Shown here one piece after another: positions 50,356 to 62,759 of a stretch of DNA of 64,000 nt (the stretch's first letter is position 1; every line of letters begins with the position of its first letter). Origin of the DNA: Marsupella aquatica (lineage: Eukaryota; Plantae; Marchantiophyta); contig OZ316891.1 of NCBI GenBank assembly GCA_973895155.1, forward strand, positions 21,504,513 to 21,568,512, in the 5' to 3' direction. The notes under the pieces were generated by a model. It was not told the origin of the DNA and did no database searches. It saw only the letters and a program-made list of their open reading frames with translations. A program made the position numbers and the translations under genes.

Positions 50356-52004
50356 TGTTATTAGCAAACATGTTATTAGCTAACGAGTCAGACATAAAAA
50401 GAAACTCAAAGCTTAAAAGCACCTTTTTGTTAGGTTTGTTGCATCTGGTCTTTCGGCCTGCTCTGTTCGCCCTTCCAGTGGGGTTTTTCTGTGGGGGACC
50501 AAAATTTATAAAAATGTCTCTTTTCAAGGAAAAGCGCAACTGCAGCTATAAAGGGCTACTGGTTACCCTAGCTCTCATTATGTTCAGACTTAGTACGAAT
50601 GTGCTTGAGCTCCACAAAAGGCATGGAATTGGGCTTTTAGAGGGGCAGGTTTTAAAAATCCATCATTAAAAATGCGATGATGGAAGGGGACGAAGGTTGA
50701 AGCCACACGAAGCAAAGCACCAACGTCAACACCTTGAAGAGCAGACACGAGACTGGAAGACCCGTGAAAACTTGGAACACAAGTTTAACTGTATGCCATC
50801 TCTCGTCTTACGAACCTCCTGAACCTGATCTTCCTGGTAGGGTGCTTCCTGCCGACTTCCCGAATCTACCTCCTTGGATTGCACACACTCACCATAGAAA
50901 TCCGGTAGGTACATTTCGAGGACACGAGGGCAGCCTTCACCAAAATAAGAAAGCGAGAGACTCGTTTGGGTCTTTGAAACGAATCTGCAGATTACTTATA
51001 TAGGAAAGGTGCCATGCAGGGTCGGAGAAATCTGGCACCCATTTGTGGATTGAGCCTTATTTAGGTCGACACACCCACAAAGTAGGATGGAGGTCGGCCT
51101 GGGTAGCAAAGAAGCTTAGTTTATTGTTGGCTTTCCTGGATTCTTCTTACTGGTGCCCTATTTCTTCCGCGCTCTTTAATCTCGCCACAGGCAGTCTCGC
51201 GTTTCTCTCCAGCGACAGTTGGAGCTACATAGCAGACCCATTTGTAATGGTGATGATGAATTGTTTGTACGTGGGGGGATTGATTGGTTGACGAAAGAAC
51301 CTAGCGTGTCAGGCGAAGTTGATAAGGTATTAAGCGAGTTGATTGCATTTCTTCCGTCTGCCTAGTACATGAGATTGCGAGGTGAGATTGCGAGGTGAGA
51401 GCTGCAGCTGGAGTGGATGCAGTTTAATTCTTAATTCTTCCATGTGCCTGTGGAGCTATTTGTGACGGAGATGATTAATCGTTTGACGTTCGTCTGGGGA
51501 TAGATTGGTTGATCACAGACCTGACTGTCTGCGAAGTTGACAAGCTTAGCGAGTTGATTTTTGGGGCTGTTCTTGTTCGATCTGGCTAGACGGAATTGTT
51601 TCAGTTCCTTCTGGTTGGGGTCAATCACATTGTCAGGGTGCGGGGTCGTTTCACATGACTTATGGCGGCGAAAGTCTCGTTGTTTGAGAGGCATCGTTTG
51701 CTTCAACTGATTGTATGAGTTCAGCATGATTTTGTAGCGAGGCACTGCATCCACGAACCTGGAGCCAGTGGTGGAAAGAGTAGCATGAGAACTTCGAGAA
51801 GAACAGTGGAAATTGAGCCTTTGTCTCAACTTTTTCAACGTCGCACACGGTTCACGATCCATTTGTTCTTTCTGGTGACACTCCAGGTGAAAAGTTTTGT
51901 CATGCAGGATCTTTGCGACCCATCAACACACCCCCGATGATGAGATGCCGACATTGAATTCCATCTAGACGTTCACTACTGTCCGTGAATTCACAACCAA
52001 CTCG

Positions 52005-53648
52005 ATGGTTCTCATTACAACCGGGTTGATAATCTACGGAATTGGAAAGACCATACAGCATACTGTCAATCATGTGAAACAGAGCAATAAGGCTGCGGGT
52101 TGCGATGGCAATCTTTCAGCTCTGGAACTGTCTGACCCAGCCGCGGCCATCTTCGATAATGCGGCACGACCACGGAGGCCTGATGCAGTGGCTAAGCTGG
52201 TGCAACAATTGCAAAAGAAGCAGAAAGCCAGACTTGCAGAAAGAGGAGGAGGAGGAGGAGGAGGAGGGATAAAGTTTCGTAGAAAGGCAAAGGCACTAAA
52301 TGCAGAGCCCATGCTCACAATCGGGTGGAATTCCGTAGACTGCACTGGAACCACCGAGGGCCAAGCAAATCTGCAGATCAGAGCCATTATGACGGATGAG
52401 ATTGCCTGGTATTCGCTGCCTCCGTCGCTGAGTGACTGGTGGAGCTCGCCATTTCGGGAGTACAAGCAGCGGAGTCTAAGATATGCCACACAAAATTTCG
52501 CCTCACAGATTGGAGTCGGGGGGTATGCGGACGTATACCACGGCATGTTGCCAAATGGAATGCAGGTTGCAGTGAAAGTCACCGCAGAAAAACCCAATTC
52601 CAATTCCAGATCCGAAGATCACTTCAACCGGTGGTTGACTGAACTGAAATTGGCACGGCAATGTGAGCATCGGCATGTCCTCAAAGTACTGGGCTACTCC
52701 TATCAGAAGAAGTCGTGTAAAACCATTTCGAATCCCTTCAGGAGAAAGGCTCTCAAGATGGATCTGAGAGCAGACCTGGGCGAGCCAGCCAGCCCATTCA
52801 AGGGCATGCAAGTGCTCGAATTCATGGAGAATGGAGATCTCGCGGGTGTTCTGGACTCCCAAGATTGCGCCATGGATTGGAACACAAGACTTGACGTGCT
52901 AGTCGGCGCTGCAACCGGTCTAGCGTATATCCACAGTCAGGGGATTGTACATAGGGACATAAAACCGGCCAACATTTTTTTGGATCAGGACTATTGTCCT
53001 AAAATAGGGGATTTTGGCATTTCTAAGTCCTTATTCCAGATTTCAGCTGACTCCCCATCATCACAGTCCGCTCCCTCCACGTCTTCTAGCAACTCTTTGG
53101 GTGCGTTGCCCTCTGCAAGGGAGGGTTCTGAAATTGACTCAGATGACTTTGTCCCCCCTTCCGACGACATCGTCACTGCCGCCAAAGGCACCATTGGATA
53201 CCTGGACCCGGAATATCTTTCCACAGGAGTGCTAACGTTGAAATCGGATGTGTTCTCATTCGGTACGACCATCCTGAATGTCGTCAGTGGGAAGCAGGCG
53301 TTCGAGCTTGCAGGCCTGGAGGACGAGAACCGAGCGACAGCTCTCCTGCTGGAGGGCAGAGTTTTGGAAATTGTTGATGCTCGGCTCGGAATGAGTTGCC
53401 AAAACTTGATAGCACAGGCGACAAAAGTCACCCGGATAGCCGTTCTATGCATGCAGCGGTCTTCATCCACTAGACCGACAATGGAGCAGGTGGTTGCACT
53501 TCTTGCAGCTGTGCGAAATTCTGAAACCAGCTCCTCCAACCTCTTGGAGCGTCTCTGGGAAGAATTCACGACATTGAAAGATGATTTCATGAAGGACCTA
53601 AATTTGATTTTGGATCAACAACTGGGGATCTCCATTCCAGCACAATAG
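52005..53648 (+). CDS. Intronless RLK/Pelle-type Ser/Thr protein kinase (547 aa), no ectodomain
   Basis: ATQNFASQIGVGGYADVYHG, VAVK, E in helix C, HRDIKPANIFLD, KIGDFG, GTIGYLDPEY, LTLKSDVFSFG, RPTM. All catalytic residues present. Confidence 0.92.
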   Translation: MVLITTGLIIYGIGKTIQHTVNHVKQSNKAAGCDGNLSALELSDPAAAIFDNAARPRRPDAVAKLVQQLQKKQKARLAERGGGGGGGGIKFRRKAKALNAEPMLTIGWNSVDCTGTTEGQANLQIRAIMTDEIAWYSLPPSLSDWWSSPFREYKQRSLRYATQNFASQIGVGGYADVYHGMLPNGMQVAVKVTAEKPNSNSRSEDHFNRWLTELKLARQCEHRHVLKVLGYSYQKKSCKTISNPFRRKALKMDLRADLGEPASPFKGMQVLEFMENGDLAGVLDSQDCAMDWNTRLDVLVGAATGLAYIHSQGIVHRDIKPANIFLDQDYCPKIGDFGISKSLFQISADSPSSQSAPSTSSSNSLGALPSAREGSEIDSDDFVPPSDDIVTAAKGTIGYLDPEYLSTGVLTLKSDVFSFGTTILNVVSGKQAFELAGLEDENRATALLLEGRVLEIVDARLGMSCQNLIAQATKVTRIAVLCMQRSSSTRPTMEQVVALLAAVRNSETSSSNLLERLWEEFTTLKDDFMKDLNLILDQQLGISIPAQ

Positions 53649-56600
53649 TCCTTTGAGATGGACCAATCCATCTAGAGGGTAGATAGATCGGCTCCCTTCT
53701 TCGGCATATTATGGTGGACGGTTCTCAGGAAGATTCATGGGCCTCTTTTGCTCTACCACTCCCGGTCACAGAAGCCAAACCATGCCACTCCAGTGACTTC
53801 ATGGACTGAGCTGCCTCTCATGGAAATGGAACGCCACCTTTGGGCTTACCCCAAGCCTCTGAAGAGCTTTGTTGTCCACGGCTGATGACAACGAAACCAC
53901 GGCAGAAGAAAACTGATCGAGGACCACATATGAGTCTGGAATCATCAAAGAGTGCGACAATGTCAGGTGGTTCGTCACGTAAGAGTGAACAAGGACTTCC
54001 ATCGAAGGAGTGGACTACGAGTTTCCAGCTTGTCAGTCTCAAGCCATGAATTTTGACAATGATCTCAACCTCGATGATTAATGTACTTATAAGCTTGCTG
54101 GTGATTACTGTGAATAGTTGTGTTAGTACATCCTAGCAGCGAACATTTTTCCTCCATGAGGACCTTTTTGTGTGTACAAACATGTAGACATTTTCGAATG
54201 AGCGAGAGAAAACCTGGAAATTGCATCTGGTTTAGGAATTAGCTCCCTTTGTGGATTAACTTAGCGTGTTTGAACGTTTCACTAGCGATGGTTCTGCCGT
54301 CTTGTACTTTTATCCCTCATCCCAGTGAAGGGTCGCTGGGCTTTGAAATCAAATCTTCAATTCATTCAGAGTCTAAAGAAAACTTTCGAAGATCGAAATG
54401 AGGAGACTGTCTACGTTGCTCGCACGTATGTCTAGTTATCAGTCCTGAAATCGGAAAACATCCCATGTCTTTAGCCGGCAGTTCTCCAATTTATATATCT
54501 CAACACCAGACACGGCATTCTTCATGGCTTACTATGGATTTCAAAACCACATCCTAAGACCTTTCGCTGGCTCGGATTTCGGATCCACATTAAAGGCAGA
54601 CATGGTCCACTTCGTACAATGCCAATTGACCTTGTCATTATATTCGAGATCTCAAAAACGTAAGGCCAGTTGGTCTTTATACAGTCTCATTTAGAACTCA
54701 CAAATACATTCAAGAAATAATAAACATCCGCTTCATGAGGTCTCAATTGGATGCCATGAAACATCCCAGGAGCTCCGTATGACTGAATAGATTACCAAAA
54801 TAAACCTGGTCCTCGTTAGACGGTCTCAATGCATCTCACAAGTATATTACAGAAATTTATTCCCTCAGCTTCTAAATTCGTATCCTCTAAAATTCAGGCC
54901 TGGTCTCCTTTATACATACCTGACAGGTGAAACCGTTGTCAAGAATAAAGCACCTCAATGCATGAGCCGTGCATTTCTTTATTTATTGACTTGCAATTAT
55001 GAAGTCTCTGAGCTTTAACAGGGAACAGTCGTAGGGGTAGGTGTCGCCAGGTTTGACGTCCCTGTGTATAATAAACATAACCGTTCGCCATGGATTTGGT
55101 GTTGAGCTGTGATCTTGAATTCTCGAAAATGTTCTATGCAATCCCGACTACCTCATAGTGGGTAAGCGAGACTCATTTCCAGATGGAAGTACGGCAAATC
55201 TGTTTATTGCGTTCACTATCTCAGCGATGGTGGTCAGACGAGGTCTGGTGTGGTCTGGTCGATCACTTGCGCCTGGGCGAAGCTTGAAGCTTCGGTTTGG
55301 GACGCTGTTGCTCTTTTACTGCCCACATGTACATGTAAGCAGCCGGATCTGCGAGCAATGCAGCACTCTGATTAATTGGAGGCAGTCATTACTAAATGTG
55401 AAGTCTCAACACCCGATTGTTTTGTTTGCATGACCAAGGTAGACAGAAACTAAAGTACCTGTTTCGTTAGCTATGAAACTTGGCACTCAATTGTTAGTCG
55501 CCCCAGTAATGGAACTGGGAGTATAACTACTGCCCACCTGGAGGCTCAGAAGTGAGAAGATCGGTAATGAAGCGTGTAAGTAGTTCGTGGACGTCTGGAC
55601 GGCATCCGTAGTCTTCCATGGCTTTCCGCCTAGGATTGAGGCGAGCCTCATCCCTCTCCTTGCCCATGTCATAGCCTGCCATAATTTCCTCGCCTTCCAA
55701 TCTTGAACCTTCTCCCGAGGAACAAAAATCTCAGAATTTAAGGTCAGAAAAGTCTTGGAGATGGCTCCAATTTATGACCTCGTCTGGACTCAGAATTATG
55801 TTGATTATTTCACGAAGCTGCCGCAATCTAGGCCGATGGATATATCAAACCTCGGCGTCTGACAAGAGAATTTTAAAACTGTAGGAATTCCCCTCAATCA
55901 TGGCATATCTTATACCATTCGTAATTCCACCATGAAGCTGCCGAGATCAAATAATTGCAATATGAATCTGCATTAAAGCCAGGATGGAAGCGATCCAGAG
56001 TGCCAGAGGAATGAACACTCCTGGCAAGGGGTCAATGGAGCGAGCGAGCGCTCGTACCTCCTATAAATTGTCGTTTCACATCACAATGGTCAAGAGTCTG
56101 ACGAGAGTCGAACTGGCATCCAGCCTGTGCCCTGTGCAATCTCAGGAACTCCGAAAATCCTCGTTCGATTGTCGATCTTCATTATGCAATCATGATTATC
56201 CTAAACCCTGAACCTTGATTCCGAAAGGCGTCGGAGCCCAAAGCTAAGTCACCCTCGGCGTTCGTTGAATAGCTCAACTTTTCGTATCTTTGATCCATAA
56301 ATTTCTTGAATTGGATCCAAATATTGAGTAACGTCTTAGCTAGTTTCGGCCCTTCAGACCATCCTGAACTTCTAATGACGTCCACCTATGATCCGTTTTG
56401 AGATTTGTGCAGCCCAAACGAAGTATTCCTTGGAACAAATGACACAATGTGCCAAAATCCTAAACGCTCCTAAACACAGCAGCATGACAGAGGGGTCAGG
56501 CTGTTTACTCTCTGTTGAAGACTCTGTTGGGCAGTTCAGAAATCCGTCCCTCCGCGATGTTCGAGCTGTAAAAGTAAGGGCAACGAAACTGTTGGCAGCT

Positions 56601-58845
56601 ATTTGCTCTGTCATGTGGGCAGAGAAGTCATCAATTGGCGAGAGAGGCAGACTACCCCGGTTTTAGCTGACCATTGTTGAAGATCTAAGAATAATTTCTG
56701 CTTTGTTCTGTGTCCACAGTGCCTTCAACTACTGGGATCTCGTATATCTCCTTCAAATAGTCTAACAAATTATAGCTTTTCTGCTGCACTTGAGGAGCAA
56801 CAAATATACCTGCGTCCGCAACAAAGAATCATCCAGTGAGTGCTTTTGATTGGCATCCTCAAGGTCTGATAAATTAGTACATGCCTTCCATTACACTTCC
56901 GTGAGGATTAAAAGAGAAGTTGATTGCAACCATCCTGTTCACCTTGCAAGACCATGACCCTAAATATGACTAACACCGCTCTCGTGTTATTCGTCTTGTC
57001 CCATAGTATCTGGTCAAATCCGACCGACAGCTTTCCTGTCGTTTGAACATTTCGGGAGATTGCCATATGAAAGTATGCTCCATCTCTTCTTGGTCAAATT
57101 TCTCGATGTGAAGATTAATGTGGAGAGACTTTGTTTGATCACGCTGACCTATGGTTCATCCGTAATGCACATTTTAAAGTAGACGGTGACAGGAATTCGG
57201 ACGAAATATGGAGATCAAGGTATTGAGAGGACTAGGGTCCTAGAAAGAAACTTACAGGGAACCTGCCACTGGCTATAGGATCAACCATATCATACAAGTC
57301 ATTGATGAACTTTGCTCCATTTCAGTTAAGCGGTTGCCCAGCACCTTGCTCCTTGAGGCGAATTACTAGCAGTCGTGATCATCCGACGCGTCTTGTCTCG
57401 TCCTCGCAGCTAGAAGCTCGTAGTCTCATTCAAGAACCTGCCTGGACAACGAAACAACTCCGATCAACTATATATAGCAACATATATCAACCTTCCAATG
57501 CTTCCAACTCAGAAGAAACAGCTACTTAGTCACTGACACAAGTGAAGTACAGTTGGCCTACGTTCAGTATTTTCATTGACTCGACTAGAGCATTTGCTAA
57601 TCAGCTCAAAACTTGTATCCAAGCTTTGGAAAGGCTCTAGAGAGAGATTTCATGAATGTACGAAATGGAAAGTCATTCCTAGGGATCTCAGTTGTATATT
57701 GCAACGGAATTGAAGAAACTTTGGTAGTGATGAATAGATCCAGGCAGTCAGGCAGACGAACCCCACTGGTGAAGGTGCTGAACATGAGCAGTCCAGTTGA
57801 ACTGTTGCTGGGCACGCCCTCCAACGTCTTGTCCCCCAAACGAGGTCCTGAAAAACTTTTCATAGCGAAAGGTCTCTAGAAATTGCCGTTCGAAAAAGTT
57901 CCTACAAAGGTCATATGAATCCTACATGCCACCAACTTGGATCGTAATTGTACGATTCATACATTTCGACTTGGTTGCGTGATCAGCTAGACTGATCCTT
58001 TTTCTGAAATCCAGGATTTGATTCTAAAGGTTCTTGAATTCGGCTTCACTTTAGGCTCGAATGACGCGACAACAGCTGCATCATGACCGCATGTTACGAT
58101 ACAATCTCTCAACCTGCCTTTTGAGACGACACCAACCCAGAGAAGAGGAACAACACCGACGTAGTCCACTGAATAAGCCTCTGAATGATTGCATTCAAAA
58201 TTTCTTCGCTTTGAAATTTGTAGGCGGAAGAAAGAAAATTATCCTTGTGACGACATTGCCAAAAGTACTTTTCTGTCTCCTTCACCATGCAAGACTTCTG
58301 AAAGAGTTCGACTACTACTTCACTCGGAAATTGTAGAACAGAGAAGCCAGGAAATCGCGAACAGGAAGCCAAGGAACTACATGAAATGATGATTTCCTTT
58401 TTCTACTTCACAAGATCATTTTCGATTTGTGTCATCAAGGTACCCAAGTTGCGGCGTTTTTGGGCTGGAATCAATGTCTTTCTGTCTTTTTGGGAAAGTT
58501 AACGATCAAAATGGCCAATTTTCATCGATTCTTAGTAACCAGATAATTTCAGAGCTTTCTCGGCCCCCCAGGCCTGCAATGGATCTCTTCGATCCGAGGA
58601 ATCTCCCAGACTTTCATTGCAAAGTCTGTATGCTAAAGATCTGCAGACTACGAGACGCGTTCAGTAGAACGAGAAAGTACAACGTCATATATTGGTTTCT
58701 CTAAAATCCCCGAAAGCGGAAGGGCACCCGAAACGGTTGCCGTAATTCAAGGTAAGGATCATTTTGTACAATCAGCAAATCCAAATCAAAGATTTAGTGC
58801 ATCTCTAACGATATAGTTACTGAGTAATATTACAACCACAAAATC

Positions 58846-60408
58846 TCAATAGACGTATCTAAACTCGACATTCTCCTTATCCGTCAAGTTCCCCCATGTT
58901 TCCTTCGGTGAATCGATCTCCACGCCTTCGCTTCGCACCTTCTTCTGTCGTCGCTCCTTTTGCCGATTTGCCCAGATATAATACAAAAAGAGCACCACCG
59001 TCACAGCTGCTGCGCCCGCCTGTGTAGCAAGGACAGTAATCTTTGCAGGACGGTACTGCGGGGCGTCTTTCGCTCGAAAGGTCTGCGGCCCGATTATGCT
59101 TCCGACCGAAAAACCCGCGACGATCAGTGTACTCGCAACGGCTCGCTTCGTATGCCCGGCCACATTTGACATCGTCCATTGATAGAGGATCACTAGAGTC
59201 GCAGTGATTGCGTTGACGAGATAAATGCCTGCGAGCTGCGCGGCCTTGTTGGAAGTCGGACCGAAAGTCAGCAGACCACCGCCAATGATCCCGCAGCTGC
59301 AGCAGGCGACCAGCCAACACCAGCGGTGCCCGTTCTTGACGAATCGGGCGCCGTAGCCAACGATGAGCGCGCTGAGGATGGAGACGACTCCAGAGGGCAT
59401 GTTCAGGAGCGCGGCGGTCTTCGGCTTGTATCCCAGGTTGCGGATGAGAGTGGCAGAGTAAAAGCCGATGACGCCGTTTGAGGTGGAGATCAAGACGGTA
59501 ATGATCGTCAGAAGCCACATTTGCACGTCCAGCAGCAATTCCACGAGTTGCGAAGGCTTGAAGTGGCGGTTCTCGACCCCTGTCCGGTTCTCGCCCACGT
59601 GGTTCAGCAGCGCTATTTTCTCTGTCGGGCTCATCCACTTCGCCTTCATCGGGGTGTCCGGCATAATCCATCCCGTGAGCACTCCGATCGGTACCGTCAC
59701 GAGGCCTAGCACGAGGAACATGAGTCTCCAGGCATTGAGGCCTGCCCCGGGGTCGACATGCTGGAATGCGAACGATATTAGACCGCCAACTATCTGTGCG
59801 AAGCCGACCCCGCTGTACCAGAAGCTGAACCGGGGTGCTTGCTCACTGCGAGTGTAGTATTGCGATGAGATCAGCATTTGGCAAGGCGCAATAACTGATT
59901 CAAAAATCCCAAGGAAGATGCGCGTGACGAGAAGAGTGGAGTAGTCAGCTGCTGCGGCTGTGCAAGCTGTGGCGATGCCCCAGGCAATGACGTTGGCGCA
60001 GAGCCATTTTGCTGCTGGAAGTTTTTGGATGATATAGCCGTTTGGCACTTCGGCAATTAGATATGCGACGAAGACGGCAGTAGATGCGTTGGAGAAATCA
60101 TTGCCTCTTAGATGCAGGTCCTGATTGAGGCCCATCACGGCTGCATAATTGAGGAGTACTTTGTCGAGGAACTGCATCGTGTAGCAGACGAACATGATTG
60201 GCATGATTCGCCCATCGATTTTCCTCCTGAGCGCTGCGAGGTTGACCACTCTTGAGGTGTCGACTTCGCCAGCATTGGAAGCGGTTTGCATGTACTTGTA
60301 TGCGTTGTCGAGGTCGCTACTGTTCAGGCCTGGGCTGTTGTGGAATGCCTCAGCTCGTATTCCTCCTGAGGACTCCAACGTCAACTGTCGAGGTATCGTC
60401 GTCGCCAT
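58846..60408 (-). CDS. Intronless MFS transporter, anion:cation symporter family, allantoate permease (Dal5-like), 520 aa
   Basis: RRKIDGRIMPIM..YTMQFLDKVLLNYAAVMGL, RIFLGIFES, YTRSEQAPR..WY, SNVAGHTKR, GSIIGPQTF, and C-terminal LTDKENVEFRYVY are signatures of the fungal Dal5 family. Multiple hydrophobic helices. Confidence 0.93.
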   Translation of the reverse strand: MATTIPRQLTLESSGGIRAEAFHNSPGLNSSDLDNAYKYMQTASNAGEVDTSRVVNLAALRRKIDGRIMPIMFVCYTMQFLDKVLLNYAAVMGLNQDLHLRGNDFSNASTAVFVAYLIAEVPNGYIIQKLPAAKWLCANVIAWGIATACTAAAADYSTLLVTRIFLGIFESVIAPCQMLISSQYYTRSEQAPRFSFWYSGVGFAQIVGGLISFAFQHVDPGAGLNAWRLMFLVLGLVTVPIGVLTGWIMPDTPMKAKWMSPTEKIALLNHVGENRTGVENRHFKPSQLVELLLDVQMWLLTIITVLISTSNGVIGFYSATLIRNLGYKPKTAALLNMPSGVVSILSALIVGYGARFVKNGHRWCWLVACCSCGIIGGGLLTFGPTSNKAAQLAGIYLVNAITATLVILYQWTMSNVAGHTKRAVASTLIVAGFSVGSIIGPQTFRAKDAPQYRPAKITVLATQAGAAAVTVVLFLYYIWANRQKERRQKKVRSEGVEIDSPKETWGNLTDKENVEFRYVY

Positions 60409-62759
60409 TGGAAGCTTTTTGAATTTTCTTCAATGCTATGTCGAGGTCGCTGTTGCTGTTCCTGTTGGCATGGTATTGTGTGAGATCATGCCACAACTGA
60501 AGTTGTGTGGAAATTGATGAAAGAACCTTCTCCTCGGAGGTGCAGTACCATTTGGTTTTGGTGGCGACGGATTCCGGAACAATATAGAAGGGACTTCCCC
60601 GCTGGCTTCAATTTCAGCCCCAAAACGAATAGTTCGTGGTAGTCATCTGTCTCTTCCAACAAGCCTTGAGAGGGCGAAGAAAAACTGGAAGCAAGCAAAA
60701 CGTTGACCTCCTTTTCATCGGCTTCTTTGGCTGTCTCAAAAGCACGTCATTCTCCGGAGACTAGAGCAGCCTAGAAAGGACAACAGCTGCCTCTCAACCG
60801 TTCAGCAATCTTGCACATTTGAGCCAATGAAACACATTTTCTACAGCCTGAACGAAAGCATTGAAGAATGATGTGCGACTTGCAACAAGAATTGATGTAC
60901 TCGAGGGGTCAACAGTCAGCCTGTGAGCGAACTCTGTCAGTCTTTGAAGCTACTCTCACAATAGTCAATCCCACAGATCTCACCTTTGACAAATTGGGGT
61001 TCTCCTGCAATAATTGGAGGAATCCAAAGGCAGAATGTAACTATCTCTCCATCACCCTTACCTTCTGAGCTCGTCGTTCTGGGCTGGACATATATGGGAG
61101 GTCTAGCAAAAGTTCATTCTCTCCCTCGCTAATGACTGTACAGCTGATGCACTCTTTATCTCATATCACTACCTTCAATTCCTTTCTCTTATATTGTAAA
61201 CGTTACACCCAGAGCCCTCCTCCGAATAAGAAATTGTTGACATATTCGCACCTTATCCCTCAATGAACTCCTCTCCTCCTCTCTGATGTACGGGAACTAC
61301 ATATTCTATGCAGAAACGATCCTTTGACCTGGTTGACTGGGAATTCTTCTATGAAGATACGTTGCTTTGGCTTGACTTGAATTGACTGAAAAATGAACTG
61401 AAATGCGAGTCGCTGAGGACGAGCTTGAGTTCACCTGTTCCAATTCTCCAATTCTCCAATTCTCCAATTCCCCTGCCAGTAATCACACATCAAAATGTGA
61501 TTAATATTAGGGCGTGCACTCATTGATCTAAGAAAATTAACGAGGTTTAACGAGGTTTATCATGGTATGGAGTGCTGTCATACACACAATGTTACCTCCA
61601 ATTCTCGTACATTTGTCGGAAAATTATCCGACATGTTGGCTAGCTGCCGATGTCGTTGCCAAGTATGACGCTTTGTGGAATCCTATGTCGTTGCCTAGTA
61701 TGACTCTTTGTGGAATCATGTGAGCGAACTGCTCTATCTTTCTAGTGCTGGCCACACGTACAGTACTTCGGCTGCTGACCTTGTGGTAGTCTGCCGGCTT
61801 TGTCTCAAAAGCCCCTCTCGCTTTCATTTAATTAGTTCGTGGACCCCTTGAATTCTTGAAAGTACACCTTCCCATTACCATCCCCATAGACTCCTTTGAT
61901 ATCTGCCTACATTTCTTATAACTATGTCCTTCTTTCATGTCCAGGCTCTTCAACACTATCTGCACTAGACGAGGCCCTTAGTGAACCTTGCTAAGCTTGC
62001 TTCTCTTTCGTTCGCTCGTGCCTCATGCGTTGGACAATCTAACAGTAACGAGAGGCATCACCGAGTTAGGAACTGCAATGATGACGCCATGGAAAGGAGT
62101 GATGAGTGATCCAACATAGAATCATGTCCACTTCTTCCTTCATGGCAGCAGAATGTCGAGAAAATTGCCATGATTACTTTGTCATCAGATCAACTTGCCG
62201 AGAGAGAGTTAGTTATTATTCAATTGAAATACAATTCAGAATGCGGGTGGGCAGCGGTTACTCAGGGTAAAAACAGGGAAGGTGGGCCTCCTACTAATTG
62301 AACAGTTTGTTACCTAGGGTAAATGAAACGATTATTTTTCAAACATTTTTACATCAAGGTTTATGGCACGGCATCCTCAATTTTACCAAAATCCTGCCAC
62401 AAACACGAACGGTGAAGTAATTTTATTTTGTAAACCAATACATACTTGTTTGGAATGTGTCATGATGACGTGGCGCGCTGTGGAGTCTCGAATTTTGGAA
62501 GGGACCTCTAGTGGGGTCCATAATTAACAAACATGAAGTACTCTAATACAAGGTTCTGCTCTCTTTTTATAGAGGGGTAGTCTTTTAAATTTGTAGGGCC
62601 AGAAGGAATAAACAAAATTAATTACAATAGTGCGAAGGGAAAATGCGATATGGTATTTCAAGCAAAGGAAAACGGGCTGCAAATGCAAGAGAGTCCTTTA
62701 AACTTCAACATTTTTTCCTCTCACTGGAATGTGTTTGTACTCAGTGGCCGCTATCTCGT

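Noticed and set aside
52070-53590. Antisense ORFs over the kinase
   Set aside because: Reverse-strand shadows of the real kinase frame.
42780-60408. The two inverted permease genes as ends of a composite transposon carrying the kinase
   Set aside because: Similarity is limited to coding sequence and is ~20% diverged; no TIRs, TSD or transposase at those ends.
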